NCBI GenBank assembly: GCA_024704765.1
Contig: JAKMXF010000077.1
Span: 635,220 to 699,219 of the forward strand
Reading direction: 5' to 3'
DNA from: Oopsacas minuta
Taxonomy: Eukaryota; Animalia; Porifera
DNA: 64,000 nt
Of the stretch, positions 13,545 to 26,919 are shown in pieces (within the stretch, counting starts at the first letter, position 1; the number at the start of each line of letters is the position of its first letter). Below the pieces are notes generated by a model. It was not told the DNA's origin, did not search any database, and worked only from the letters and a program-made list of their open reading frames with translations. The translations under genes and the position numbers were made by a program.

Positions 13545-15279
13545 CGAGAGTCAGACCAAAGCTTTAACGTACAAAGGTTCTATTTGTCTTCAATCAAATA
13601 AATACAACACTATATACTTAGATAAATAGATATATATATATATATATATAATGACTCTAGTAATAATTTGAGCTATTCAACACTAATTTTCTGAGTAGCG
13701 CTAATTTATCCATAAGCCCATATACAGATTATATTCTACTGAATGGAACTGGAAAGAAGGGATTTTAGAGCCATGATGTTTTATGACTTCATGCGTAAGA
13801 TATCAGTGGAGCAGAGTCATGATAATTTGATGGAAGCTTTCCAAGATCAAGCTCCATCTAAGCATACAGTGGAGCGTTGGATCTAGATTTCAGGAGGGAG
13901 GGAACGTCACTACAAGATGAGGCTAGGTCTGGGCGACCTTCAACCGCCGTCACTCCGGAGACTATTGCTGCTGCTGAGACATTAATCAAAGAGGATAGCC
14001 GCATTAACTATGAGCTGTTTGCTGAGACCCTAAAGATCGGGAAAGCCGCCATCAATACTATTCTACATGATTATCTTGGTGTCAGAAGGCTTGGGCCCGA
14101 TGGATCTCATAATCTCTCTGAAATGCATTAGAGGCAAGGGTAGAATGGTGCAAGTTTATGCTCAAGAAATTTAAAGGAGGAGAGTCTAAACGAGTTTACG
14201 ACATACTAAGATGTGATGAGACATGGATCTATCAGTACGATCCGGAAACAAAGCGGCAATCTTCAATCTGGGTGTTTCCTGGCGAAGATCCCCCTGTTAA
14301 AGTTCGCCGGGCTCGCAGCGTTGGGAAGAATATGGTGGCTGCATTTTCTGTAAGACTGGCCCAGTAGCAATAATTCCTCTCGAGAATCGTCGTATCGTCG
14401 ATGCTAATTGGCACATTAACAATTTCCTACCCAAGGCTTTCGAAGCTTGGAGTTCTCGTCGCCCTAAGACCGGTATCAGAGGAATCCTCCTTCACCACGA
14501 TAATGCATCTGCACCAGGACTGTATCAACTCATTTTGAGTTGGCAAAATCACCTCATATTATTCTACCAACTCATTCAACTCCTTCAATTCATCTAGCTT
14601 ATGTACCAACTCATTTCAACTCATTCAACTTCCAACTCAAATTGTGTTACACAATCTATGATTAGGAATATAAATGTAGTCTGATATGCATTGAATGGTT
14701 GGAATCAACCATAGTTTTTTCTTCATAAGACAATCTACTATTACAGTATCAGAGATCATTAAAATAATAAACCGAAAGAAAAATATGCGTAAAATGTGTT
14801 GAACTCATTTGAACTCATTTCATTGAGCAATCAACTCATTCAACTCATTCATTTGAGAGCTACCAACTGATTCAAATCATTCAATAAAATGAGTTGATTT
14901 TTCCAACTCAAAATGAGTTGATACAGCCCTGATCTGCACACACAGCAGCCAAAATATTGGACTTCCTGGCTGAAAATTCGGTCCAGTTGATATCGCATCC
15001 ACCCTCAGTCCAGATTTAGCTCCATGCGATTATTTCTTGTTCCCAACAATCAAGGAAAAGATCCTTGGAATAAGGTTTGAGAGTCCTGAAGAGGCTTGTC
15101 TGGCATTTGAAGAGGCCTTTGGAGCCTGCCAGAGGAAAATGGCATAATTGTTTCGACAGTTAGTTCCATCATATGCAACTTTGCATTGATTGTTGTGGCC
15201 GTTACTCTGAAAAACTGAAAGTTTGATTAAATTTTTATCATATTTTTTGTGTACGACAAAACTTTTGGACTGAACCACG
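13545..15279 (+). mobile_element. mariner (DD34D) element, decayed, containing a nested MITE
   Basis: Degenerate TIRs (TACGAGAGTCAGACCAAAGCTTT vs revcomp CACGTGGTTCAGTCCAAAAGTTTT). Motifs ARSGRP, RCDETWIYQYDPETKRQS, HHDNASAH and SPDLAPCDYFLFP. About 1310 bp once the MITE and one TSD are removed. Confidence 0.88.
14515..14931. mobile_element. Non-autonomous hAT-type MITE (417 bp)
   Basis: TIR of about 37 bp, CAGG(A/G)CTGTATCAACTCATTTTGAGTTGG(C/A)AAAATCA, and perfect 8-bp TSD ATCTGCAC (14507-14514, 14932-14939). The interior is built of CAACTCATT motifs. Confidence 0.95.
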
Positions 15280-18047
15280 TGCAATGCCTCGCAAGCCAGA
15301 AAAGCAAAAGATGAACCATAATAACAATATTAAGGACAACTTGTAAGTGGAGGGGGGCTACTTTTATGACACGTGATTTTTCATATAACAAACTGAAGTG
15401 GGTGGTAGGGAAGGTAAGTCGTGGCTCTGACCCTAAGTGCTATAGCATAAGCCTCGAATATGGAAGAGAATGCTTTCAGCTATACTTCATCCCTGGTACT
15501 TTTACTGTTAGGCCTTATATTTAGTAGGCTATGATTATACGTTGTAATTGTTATTTCAGATTCCTATTCTACAAATTAGAAATATCCATTACTGAACACT
15601 TTACCTCTAAAAGCTACATTTTGGTTGACAATCATCAATCCTTGCAGCCATGTGCCACTTGTTCCCATTAAATACCAAGGTGGGAATTGAAAAAAGAGGA
15701 ACATAGTGAGACTTAACGAGAATCTTATTAAAAAATCTATATCTAATTGAATGAAAGCTTCTTCAATAAATAAGAAAATGGTTAACAAATCAAAATTACA
15801 ATATCTCATACATTATGAATACATTACTGCATACATATTATTAGATATAGTCTGGTAATAATTTCTAAGGGATTATTTGGATGGACACATTCATATATTA
15901 GAGGATTAAATACTATATATTACTGAATCTTCATTAAAAATTTCGAAATCATAATGATGATAAGAAGTATGCCCAAATTCTTATTCACACAGGTATAATT
16001 CGTGTTAAAATAAGACATACATAAACCGGGCAAAGTTATTTCAAGAAAACAAATCTAAAAGTCTAAAAGTACAACATATGCCGATAGCTAGTCAATTTAC
16101 TAAATTTGTTAATACGTCAATAGTAATTAGAGGCATTATTTGTATTGAGATAAATATGATTAATAGTGCCTGCAATTAATAGTACCACTTTAAACAAATT
16201 AAATTAATTGACTGAGCAAGTTGTGATTTTAAATTATTTATTGCATGTGGATTATATAATTATAGTAATCTTGTAAATTATAATATATTAAAGCATTAGA
16301 ATTTTGAAATATTGAAAAATGTCAAAAAATTGAATATGCTCTATGTCAACATTGCTCTAGTATGATAACTTCGTCATTATCATGAGAAATGTGTCACTTA
16401 ACATCTACTACACTTCATCAATTACAAATATCATTTATTTCTTGTAAAAATGGAGTTACGAGCATTCTAGTATACCGTTATGTCATTAGGACCTAGCAAA
16501 ATAAACAAAATTTTTTGTGAATGTATGCAAACGCTCACTTTTTACTAAATTTTTCGAAATCTCAAAATTTAAAATTTTGCCTGCCATCACCACCTCCACA
16601 ATCGTGACTTCATATTTATGTGGCAAACGGGTCCATCTTACCATCACTACACGTCATCAATTGTAAGTTTTACTATAGCTGCAATCGTTAGAATGAAATT
16701 CATGTGGTAGATGAGGCGAAACAAATTGTGTTGATAAATATTTCTTCTAAAGTCTAGAGAATGTGTACTAAGTTTGTTGAATTAGGTAAATACCATCATA
16801 TATATTGTAAAAACCTCATACTACTATTTTGTTACTAATACTATAATAGCCAAAACCAAATACAATCCTATGGGGCAAATTGTATTGTGGCACAAAAGCG
16901 GAACGTGTGTCAAATAAATAATCGTGGCCGTTAGTACACTTTGCACAGTAGTTGACCATGTAACCTAAAGATTCAGCAATTAACCTGGTTAGTTACCGGG
17001 GATATACAAGCAAATTAACAGTCAGACACTATTGAAAAATGCAAAGTGGGGTCGAAAATGCATCCGTCGGATGCGGTTTCACTGTCATGCCCCATTTTTT
17101 AACATGAAACATTCACATTTATTGGATCTATGTAGGGATGCTAATGCAATCCAATACAATAAATACAACCAATCAATCCAAATTTTATCGATATTATATT
17201 ATACAAAATATCTTAATTAAACATTACAAAAGTGTGTTTATTGATTATCCTTGGAATTTTTAACTTTATGCGAGTGCGAAATAACCTGACATCAATTAGA
17301 CCTGCTACATGCATTAGCTATTTTGACAGATAAATTTTCAGATATGCTAATTAACTGAATTTCAGTATTTCAAAATAGAATTATCAAATAGGAATTGCAT
17401 AAATAATCATCGATGAAAATAAAGATCTATAGATATGAAAGAAAACATGAATAGAAATAAGATAGAGTGAATGGGGTTGTCAATTCGAATGGAAAATCTC
17501 AAATTGATTCGCAAGACAAGGATGAAATAATGAAACCAAAAGAATTTATGGATTGCTGAATTGTCGATATAGATTGGATTGCCAAGAAAATCTATCGATT
17601 GCTCCTATTTGATTGATTGGATGGGCATAATTGAATGCAATGTATTGATACCAATCATTTCAATGCAATGAATATACTGGATCTATGCAGCCAAATATGA
17701 ATAGCATCATTAACTCACCAAGAATAAAGTAAATATAGCTCTCAATAGGGAAATATATTTACATTGGTAGTTGGCTTTCGGATACTTTGATCATATTAGG
17801 CCGAATACCAAATGAAGAAATAAAATAAAAATAAAACATTCTAAAATACATATAATCATGAGGTGTGAATTAATTATACAAAATTAGGCTATATCAATTA
17901 TCTAAATAATTTCATTTATTCGAACACCAAAATTGAAAGTGTATGCCAAAGGTGTCGGATAATGCAGGGTGTACTGTGTCCCACAATTATTTGAAAGGCC
18001 TATAGATAACGTACTATACAATAGAATAGGCTAATGCACATGGAGCA

Positions 18048-20530
18048 TCATAACAAATAATAGATTTTGGAACAGGAATTAAGGTGTCGACCGAAAGAAA
18101 TACATAAATATGTTGCACGTTTAACAAAATCACCAATACTGAATATATTAAGGATTTCCAGTGATTATATTCGTTCTCTAAAAGTATATGGTCATATTTG
18201 GTCTTATTTCAAAAGTTACTCCATGAAATGCATTAGATTACACAACTCAACAAGATTACTCATCAGAGATCACATACATTTATCTTAGCATACTTTTGAA
18301 TGCTGAACTCGAATCTGCAATCAGAATTTCTCTAGTACGTCTAGTTATGCTGAAATCCAATATCCATTTTTTCAATAGTATAGCATTACCTAGTTACCAA
18401 ATTGCTATATGAGCATGCCTATTTTAATTCAATTATCTGGAATATAAATGACTTTACTTATTTGAATTCAAGCAAATCAAATTATAAACATGCATCGTAA
18501 TTGTAGAACTCATCCCGACAATTTCTGTTACGTTTGTGGTCTTTTTTGCGTAAAATCACAAAGACGACCAATCACAAATCAATTAAAGAACATATACAAA
18601 TTGTACTTCGAATGTCCACTTCGTCACCAAGACAAGTCGTGGGCACCACATGTCATATGCACTTCTTGTTCAAGTGGACTACGTGATTGGTTGAACAAAA
18701 GGAAAGTTTCAATGCCATTTGCAATACCGATGGTCTGGAGGGAACAGAAAAATCACCTTGATGATTGTTACTTTTGCCTTATCGACATTACAGGATTCTC
18801 AGCCAAGAATAAGCACGCTCTTGTTTACCCAGACTTGGATTCTGCTCGCAGGCCAATTCCACACGACATCTCATTACCATTCCCAATTCCCAAGCCACAG
18901 CAAATTATAATCGGGTCTGATATGATGGAAGATGTCCATGCAGATTCTACAGATGCTATTTATGTCCCGGAAGATGAATTACTAGAGCCACAAACATATA
19001 CACAGGGAGAATTGAATGACTTGGTCAGGGATCTAGACTTATCTAAAGACAAAGCTGAACTACTTGCATCCAGGCTCAAACAGAAAAACCTACTCGACAC
19101 AGATGCCCTAGTATCCCACTATCGCAAACGAAATTTCGATCTCGCTCAATACTACACCACTGATGGTCCACTGTGCTATTGTAATGATATCGAAGGACTC
19201 TATGCAAACCCTATTACAAGAACATTCTTCCTCTGATAGGCGCCTTTTCATTGACTCATCAAAACACAGTTTGAAAGCTGTTCTGTTGCATAACGGAAAT
19301 TTAAAGCCTGGCGTTCCAATTGCTCACTCCGTCTATCTCAAAGTAACCTTCGTCAATTTGCAGGAAGTTTTGGAGGCAATACAGTCTAGAACACATATAT
19401 AGAATATCTGCGGTGATCTGAAGATAATCGGGCTATTGATGGGCTTGCAAAAAGGTTTACAAAGTATTGTTGTTTCCTATATCTATGGGACAGCCGAGCA
19501 ACTGGACAACATTATAAAAAATATGATTGGCCGAAGAGAACCTATGAAGTGGGGAAAACCAATTTACAGCATTCGCCATTGGTAGATCCAAACAAAATTT
19601 CTTACGCCCACTTCATATCAAACTTGGATTAATGAAAACATTCGTTAAAACAATGAGCAAAACAAATTCAGCAGGATTTCTGCATTTGGTAGGCAAATTT
19701 CCGAAATTAAGCGAGGCAAAGTTAAAAGAGGGAGTATTTGTAGGATCACAAATCAGACAAGTATTCAGAGATCCACATTTCGAGAAGACATTATCCGAAT
19801 TAGAAATGAGTGCTTGGAATTCTTTCAAATGGGTTTGTGAAAACTCTTTGGGCCACAAGAAATCGTCCAACTACACAGAAGGAGTGGAAACCTTGCTTAA
19901 CGCATACGAGAAGATGGGCTGTCGCATGTCGCTAAAACTTCACTTCTGCACTCTCACCTTGATTTTTTCCCTGAGAACCTTGGTGCTGTAAGTGATAAAC
20001 AGGCTGAGAGATTCCACCAAGACATACAAGAGATGGAAACCCGATACCAAGGTTTCTGGAATGAGGGCATGATGTCAGATTACAGTTGGAGGCTCTTCAG
20101 AGATAATCCCAACAAGATATATAAAAGGAAGTCGTACTCTCAACACTTTTAATTTAGTTAGCTACCTTTATACTTCTAGATGGATATGTAATTCCCCTTA
20201 CTTTATGAGTAGTTGATACATGCATGAATGTGAATAATTATATGTAAGAGCTAGGGTAATAACTGATATTATCTTGGCATTAATCTAAAACATCGAAACG
20301 TTGATTTATTTCAGATGGCTATCATGTAAGAAGACAAAAAGACAGCCACTACCATAAAATAACAGGATAAATTTCGGAAATACATAAAAATCGTTGACTT
20401 GTAGATGGAAAAAAAAACTGGACGTGCTGGAAAGAATCTGAAAGCAGATTTGAATTCAGCGCAAAAACTAGCTTAGAAAATGTCAATCTAATACTTGATG
20501 AGAAAATGAAGTTAAATTTTGTTGACCTAT
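18048..20530 (+). mobile_element. Chapaev3-like (CMC superfamily) DNA transposon, decayed
   Basis: Contains the transposase pseudogene below. Imperfect subterminal inverted repeat about 18259-18328 vs about 20435-20510 (GCTGAACTCGAATCTGC / GCAGATTTGAATTCAGC). Exact termini and TSD were not resolved. Confidence 0.7.
18490..20152 (+). pseudogene. Chapaev3-like transposase pseudogene with N-terminal Cys/His-rich domain
   Basis: Motifs PDNFCYVCG, QDKSWAPHVIC..C, VWREQKNHLDDCYFC, RLFIDSSKHSLKAVLLHNGN, ICGDLK, HIKLGLMK and ERFHQDI..ME.RYQG. Several stops and frameshifts. The family name is from motif recall. Confidence 0.8.
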
Positions 20531-23075
20531 GTTATCATTAGTAAAGATAGGTTTCAAATCAGTGTATCATGGTTTAACCTTGGCAAGGAGGGCGCATAGG
20601 ATCAAGGGAGTAGGCAATACTTGTCTACAACGGATATCAGTGTTTTCTCAGGATGAAAATGGCAGCCGCTGGTCGCTGTGAACAGGTGGCTAGATGCAGT
20701 ATACTAAGGTGCCTGTTAAACAGGATTTGATTGTTTCTTTAATATTATGGTAAATAGAATATGTAAAAGAAATAGAAAAGTAACTTAGAGTGCAAATCGT
20801 GGAAACAAGTACTTAATAATTAAAGTCTTCAAAGACTCTTAAGTGTGGAATATAAGGGTGATAGTAATAGCTTAGGAGAGAATTATATTTTTCATTTGGG
20901 AAGAGCGGCAGGCAATAAATGTTTGTCTTACAGATATATAATATCATCAAACTTCTTTGGGAAATATTTTAAAATGTATATTTAAGATGTGAATCACGGT
21001 ATTAAACTAAGTTCTATGTTTATGTCATAAAAAATATCAGAACTAACCACAAATCATGACAAATTACAGAAATACACCTCTTTCTAAAGCAACAATATCG
21101 AAAGTCTATTAACTTCGAATTCTATGCATTGTTACACAGACACACTTGTAAAATGTGGCATGATGCACATTGCTCCCAGTGGAATAGATGCTAGTTGATC
21201 AATCATCCTAACAAGGCACATTTCTGTAATTAGCCATGGCTTGTAGTTACTAGAAAATGTAAAATAACAAAGTTTTTATGACCTAAAGAAATGAAACAGG
21301 GTGAAACACCTTGATCTAATCATGACTATATATTGTGAAATTATAGTAAAATCTCTCACCAAAACAGACGACGCGATGTCATTATGTATCCGTAGGAAAT
21401 ATTTGAACAACTTAGAAGAAAATATTATGACAAAGAGAAAGATCTGGAAAAATCTTGTTCAAATATGATTTAGAAAGACAATACATATTCACAGTGGGCT
21501 GCTATGGTGTATATGGTCAAATTCTAGTATTCACACTTTCATAAGGTTTTGGATACGTATAATATATATTTTGAATGGAGTAAATGTAGTTTCAGATGAT
21601 TTGATTAATAATTATCAAAATAAAATCAATTAAATCTGAGCCATATTCACAGGATGAATGCATATCAATTAATCAACTCTCTTGATCTCTTAGATTGGCA
21701 CTAATTCCTCACGTCCGATAATGTAAAATTGTAAATTTAGTCAATTCTATAAAGCTTGAATATTGATCTCAATTACACTCTTCATTTTTGTGTATTTAAG
21801 AATTGTTTCTAGTCTTATAGGTTTATAACACACACAAAGAAAGAATACAATTATGTGTACGTTGGGGTTTTAACAATCATTTGTTAATATGTATTCCTGA
21901 TAAGCAATATAAATACTTACTAAATATATGTATCCCTTTAATCTTCAACAGGCAAAAAATATCCCAAAGTGAATTCTTATGTCTTATTGGGATGAGGCGA
22001 GATAAATCTGGGGCTCCTTTAAGAGAGGCTTGAGAACCTGGATTTACAGGATTTGGAACTATAATTACTCTGTTTAAGTTAGAAACAAGGATGCTAATAA
22101 AATACAATGCAATACAATACAATAATCCATGCCAATTGATCAAATATTGGGTCATGGAGACTTTTTGCTTAAAAGTCCAATCGATAATGATCATAGAAAA
22201 ATTCGCATTGATTTTTCATTGATATCTCTCGACATAAATACAGTTAAAGGACAAAAGTATTGTACCACTTACCGCATTTAATACTAAGTACATCAAAGTA
22301 AAATGAATTTACTTTAACTTAAAATAACTATTAGTTATAACCAGAGAATGAACAAGATTCATTTATGTAGATTGACGAATACCGATGTATAAGAACATGG
22401 TAGCTAGATGGGTGAATACAAATCTAACAAAATATCAGCAATTCTGAAATGGTCGAATACTTTTGTCCTTTAAATGTATATGTGTATCTATTACAGATTA
22501 ATTGCGTTATAATAGCATGGATTGTTATTTATGACTATTTCCTTAACAGTGGTGTACCGAAGGAGCTTACTGGGAGCGGCCAATATCCATACATTCGTAT
22601 CTATATATCATACATGCAAACCTTTGTGTGCTACAAAAATCCCTGGACACCAGAAATACTTTTTCACTCGCTATATGAATGCATCAAATTCACAAACTGT
22701 AGTTATAGAATTAGTCTCATTTTAATGCATGCAGTAGCCCGAGGGTACTTGAGCCCCCACTATGTGCTATAGGCCATGGTTGTTCGTTACTAACCAGGGA
22801 TGCTAATCCAATCTAATCGAGACACATTTCATATCAATTGGCTTGTCTCAAATATTTATCGGATGGATATTTATCAGACGAATTATCATCGATTTCTCAT
22901 CAATACGGGGCATTCAAACGGTAAGTAACTCTATAAGGGGAGGGGGATATGTAGTACACGAGGTATGACAGGTTGACAGCCCCATTCATCTTGGTATTGC
23001 AAATTACAAAGATAACCCAGGATAGACTGTGTTTGTTAAACCAGAAAATTAGATAAAAAAATTGAGTCATAAAAT

Positions 23076-23106
<31 letters not shown>

Positions 23107-23149
23107 CTAGTCTTGGACTAAAATTACAACTACTACTCAGGCAAATTAC

Positions 23150-23440
23150 ATGATAGAAGTTAGAAATTTGAATCACACGTACGCTTCAATGTGACAAATG
23201 TCCTAACGTCATGATTCTGAACAAATGCAAACTCATCATGACTGTACAATAATTCCTAACTGTCCAAATTTCGAAAAATTCTAGAATTTCAAATGATCTT
23301 ATGCATATTGTGTCAAGATTACTACCCAAAGCCACGAAGCAACTCCAGTATCACCACAGAAGGCCATTAAATGGATTTGGATGAACCAAGAAAAATAAAA
23401 AATAACATTTCCACATAAAATTATGCTCGAGGCAGGCAGT
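23150..23440 (+). repeat. Remnant homologous to the 5' part of the hAT at about 56470-56760
   Basis: Shared collinear blocks: ATGTGACAAATG.CCT.ACGTCATGATTCT, AAGATTACTA.CCAAAGC (one mismatch) and ACCACAGAAGGCCAT. Confidence 0.65.
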
Positions 23441-24501
23441 GCCAAGTACAATACCCAATCGCGTGGCGCCCAACCATCAAGAAATTTAGCTATTTAGTAC
23501 TTAAGTTGACCTGAGGCACTTAGTTTTAGCGCAACTACCTAGCAAGCGAAGTGGGCTAGTAAACTATAATCACAGAAGAATATATTATTATACAGCACTA
23601 ATCGAATCTTTAAAATTGACTAACTATAAATAGAGATTCTCACATGAATATATCCAATTTGGCGAATGTATCCCCTAATCAGATCTGAGGCTGCTAACGA
23701 TTAAACATTTTCTGTAATCATAATCTGAAACGCAATCAAAGTTTCAATATGAGTGTTATTATAATAATAATCGGAATCAGAAATGTATGTGAAAGTGTAT
23801 CGTAGTCCTATTCGTAATCATGCTATAAATTAGGGATATGTCGTTGAAACTGAGAATATGTGAATAATTTCGTAGAATTCCAGTGCAATATTGCTTATAT
23901 TTAATCAAAATCATAAGATCGAAAATCCCATTTTACGTCCCATCCACATAGTAAATTTATTGAGATAGTAAATTGGAATAATATTTGTAGTTATACAAAA
24001 GTATAGTAATCATAATCATAATCACCTTAAAGTAATCGGCCCAAACCTGCCCCAAATACTACCAATGAGCTATTTTCGTCCACTGTGCTACAATTTCGTT
24101 AGTCTTCGGTAGAGTCGACAGGTACATTCCTAGCGCAAAATCTATAATCAGTGTGACAACTAAAGTAAAGAAGTATATGACAATAGTAATTTATTCCATA
24201 AATTCTCTATCCTGAATTCTCTAGAATAGTATTTGGGTTTACATTAATTTTGATCACTCTTAGTGTAGGTAAACGATAGAAAACAAGCACAACTTTTGAA
24301 ATGTATATATCTTGAATTGTAGCAGTTAAATAACTAAATATATGAAGGTTATAGATTGTTCGCGAAGTTAATTATACGTATAAGTGACTCAGGCCCCACA
24401 GGGGAGATAATTAAGGTTAGGCGATTATTAGAGTAGGGCAACTTAAAATTACGAATTATATCTGATTGGGTATAGATAAAGGGAAAATGTGTGATTGATA
24501 C

Positions 24502-24697
24502 CTCCTTCAAGAGTATTAAAGTTGAAGTAAACAGAATCTGATTCTAAGTTAGAAAAGTTTGAACATAAGGTAATCGTATAATATGTATCTGGGATAAGGT
24601 TAGAAATTGTAGTCTCTCTCAAGTCGAAAGGAAAATTCAATATCCTCTTTGGTATTTTTGTAGTACTGTGGTATTGTTTTTCACCAGAAATAACTCC
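24502..24697 (-). CDS. Host gene exon: C-terminal half of a fibronectin type III domain
   Basis: Acceptor tgtcttttatag and donor GAG|gtatc. 196 nt, phase 0 to 1. The peptide GVISG...TTISNLIPDTYYTITLCSN...FNTLEG has the FN3 L.P.T.Y motif. Confidence 0.85.
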
Positions 24698-25439
24698 CTA
24701 TAAAAGACATAATAGAAATATAGGAATATACCAAAAACTAAATGAAAAGAATGATTAATATAGTTGAAAATGTATAAATGACGAAATATGCGTTTGTAAA
24801 GCATTTATGTAAAATGATAAATGAATTTTCCTAAGCAAGATATGAGTATATCTATCCCAGATGGGCAACTCTCACAGGTTTAGTATTCATGCCTCAAACG
24901 ATGTGGTATCAGATGATCTTTGATCTATTATAAAAGGATCAAAAATTGTAGGAAAACAAAAGTTCTTGCAAGGTCAATAAGTAAAATCTTGGTAAAGAAA
25001 CAGATCATAAATTCTGAACTCCCTTATCGTAAAAATAAATCTACGGAACTGAAAGTGATTTTACAGATAGAATACATACCTGCCAACGGGGATGCCTAAT
25101 CCAGGGTTGCTGTCATGTCCTGGCCCCCAAGCCAGGCATAATCGCTGGGGGTAGTGGTCTTAATCCTGAAATAATTTCGTAATAAGGGCTAGGGCCGAGG
25201 CCTTTTTGAATTTTTGAATTTATCATAATAATAATTGTTTTGTGAGAAAGCTCCAAACTAAAACCTGAAAACTCACTTTTATCAGTAGTATTTCAACAAA
25301 TCACATATTGACTGATTCTGAAACGATTCAAATCATATTTTGAGGGTAAATGTCGAAATCACACATTGCTGCAGGAGAGCCTTTTGCTTCCCAGGTTTTG
25401 ATCAACTTACAAATGTTTGTTTCTCAATTATACTATCTA

Positions 25440-26750
25440 CAGGGTGTCTAATAAGTTCTGTTATATATCAATTCCCCAATAATTTCAAATTTATCCATTG
25501 TAAAGCCATGAAACTTTCTATTTTCTTAGGACTTATGTTCCTAATTACAAATTACAAATATCATTCAATATAGCCTCCCTTTTTATGAATTACGCAAGTT
25601 AGTCTGCTCCGAAACTGATGGACAGCTTTTCGCAGCTCCTCCTGTGGGATTTTCTGCCATTCACTCAACAAACTAACTTTGAGGGACTCCAAACTCTTGT
25701 GAGATTTCGCACAGGCCCTGCTCTCCAAGTTTGCCCAAACAGAATAGTCGAGTGGGTTTAAATCTGGGCTTGATGGTGGCCATTCATCCTTACTTATGAA
25801 ATCGATATTTTGCTCACGGAACCAACTCTGGGATACTTTTGAAGCATGTGCAGGCGCAGAGTCTTGTTGGTAAGTCCAAGGATGGTTTTGAAAGAGCTTC
25901 TCACCCGCAGACGCAATTTCAGGCTCCAAGACCAGTTCTCTGTACGTCTGGGAGTTTATTTTCACTCCTTGGGGCACAAAAATCAGGTTTGTCCGTGAGT
26001 CTGCCGACACTCCCGCCCATACCATCAGAGAAAGAGGCTTCTGGACTCTATCAATGTACTTGATGCTATCTGGGATATCCTGACTTCGAGAAGCAAGTAT
26101 ACGGTCGTTTTGACGATTGCTTGCCTCCTCAACGGTGAACAGCTTCTCATCTGAGAAGAGAATCTGATCTTCAGTCCCAGGAGCGAATCGGGCTTTTAGT
26201 TGTATGCATCTTTCGAGTCGCTTACGACGTATGGAGTCGTTAAGATGGTGTACGTTTTTCCGCTTATAGGACTTCATTCCTAGGTCCTCTACAACCAATT
26301 TCCGCATCGTTTCGTGATTGACACAGAATTCACGAGACATTTTTCGCATTGAACGCCGGGGATTTCTTAGGATTCGACATCTGACACTATTCTTCAGGGC
26401 TGGTGTGCGGGCGGATCTTGGACGACCAATTCGTTTCCTGTCGGACACGCTGCCAGTCTCTATATATCGTTTTATTGTGCGATAGATCAACATGGGATTC
26501 ACTTTATCATTTTTTAGCCTTTTTAGAATTCACTATTGCTAAATCCAGATTCGTGAAAAGTGACAATTTTTGAACGAATTTCTTCTAACATGATTTTCTG
26601 GGAAATCATCAACTTGAATGATATATACTTGGTATAATTTGAAAGAGCGCCAAAAATGCTACAAGAAATTCTAGAAGATTACTTCATAAGTATATTAATA
26701 GCTACTGTCTAAGGCGCGAAAATGTATAACAGAACTTATTAGACACCCTG
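25440..26750 (-). mobile_element. DD37D (maT-type) Tc1/mariner element, nearly intact
   Basis: 26-bp perfect TIR CAGGGTGTCTAATAAGTTCTGTTATA with TA TSDs at 25438-39 and 26751-52. Length 1311 bp. Confidence 0.96.
25561..26591 (-). CDS. DD37D transposase; 313-aa open frame 25561-26502 plus an N-terminus offset by a single 1-nt frameshift
   Basis: Motifs FSDEKLF, YQQDSAPAH and WPPSSPDLNPLDYSVW, with 37 residues between D2 and D3. The ATG at 26591 (MLEEIRSKIVTFHESG) joins the main frame if one base is restored near 26525. Confidence 0.9.
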
Positions 26751-26919
26751 TAGACACAAAACAATTGGGTTGTTGCTACCTGGATTATGAAAATACATTC
26801 AGTTTAGTGAATTATAAATCCATGTATTTGCCTGTCTGTTTTCCCCAATCTTCATGCGACAAGTGTGTCAAAATGTAATAGGTCAAGTTTGTATTTGTTT
26901 AGTAGTATTAGAGTCCGGG

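Noticed and set aside
14515-14931. Regular short repeats as a CRISPR array
   Set aside because: No unique spacers, no cas genes, eukaryotic context, and bounded by TIRs with an 8-bp TSD.
15605-15700. Possible host exon ending at a GAG|GTAAAG donor
   Set aside because: No convincing acceptor and no recognisable domain in the peptide.
21490-24087. CACAGTGG at 21490 and inverted CCACTGTG ending at 24087 as ends of a non-autonomous Transib
   Set aside because: Flanks ATATT vs CTACA give no 5-bp TSD, and a few such 7-8-mers are expected by chance in 64 kb.
24063-24141. Possible next host exon (MYLSTLPKTNEIVAQWTKIAH, FN3-like)
   Set aside because: Phase-1 start fits, but the donor (GTAGTA) is weak and no matching phase-2 downstream exon was found. 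Left unresolved.
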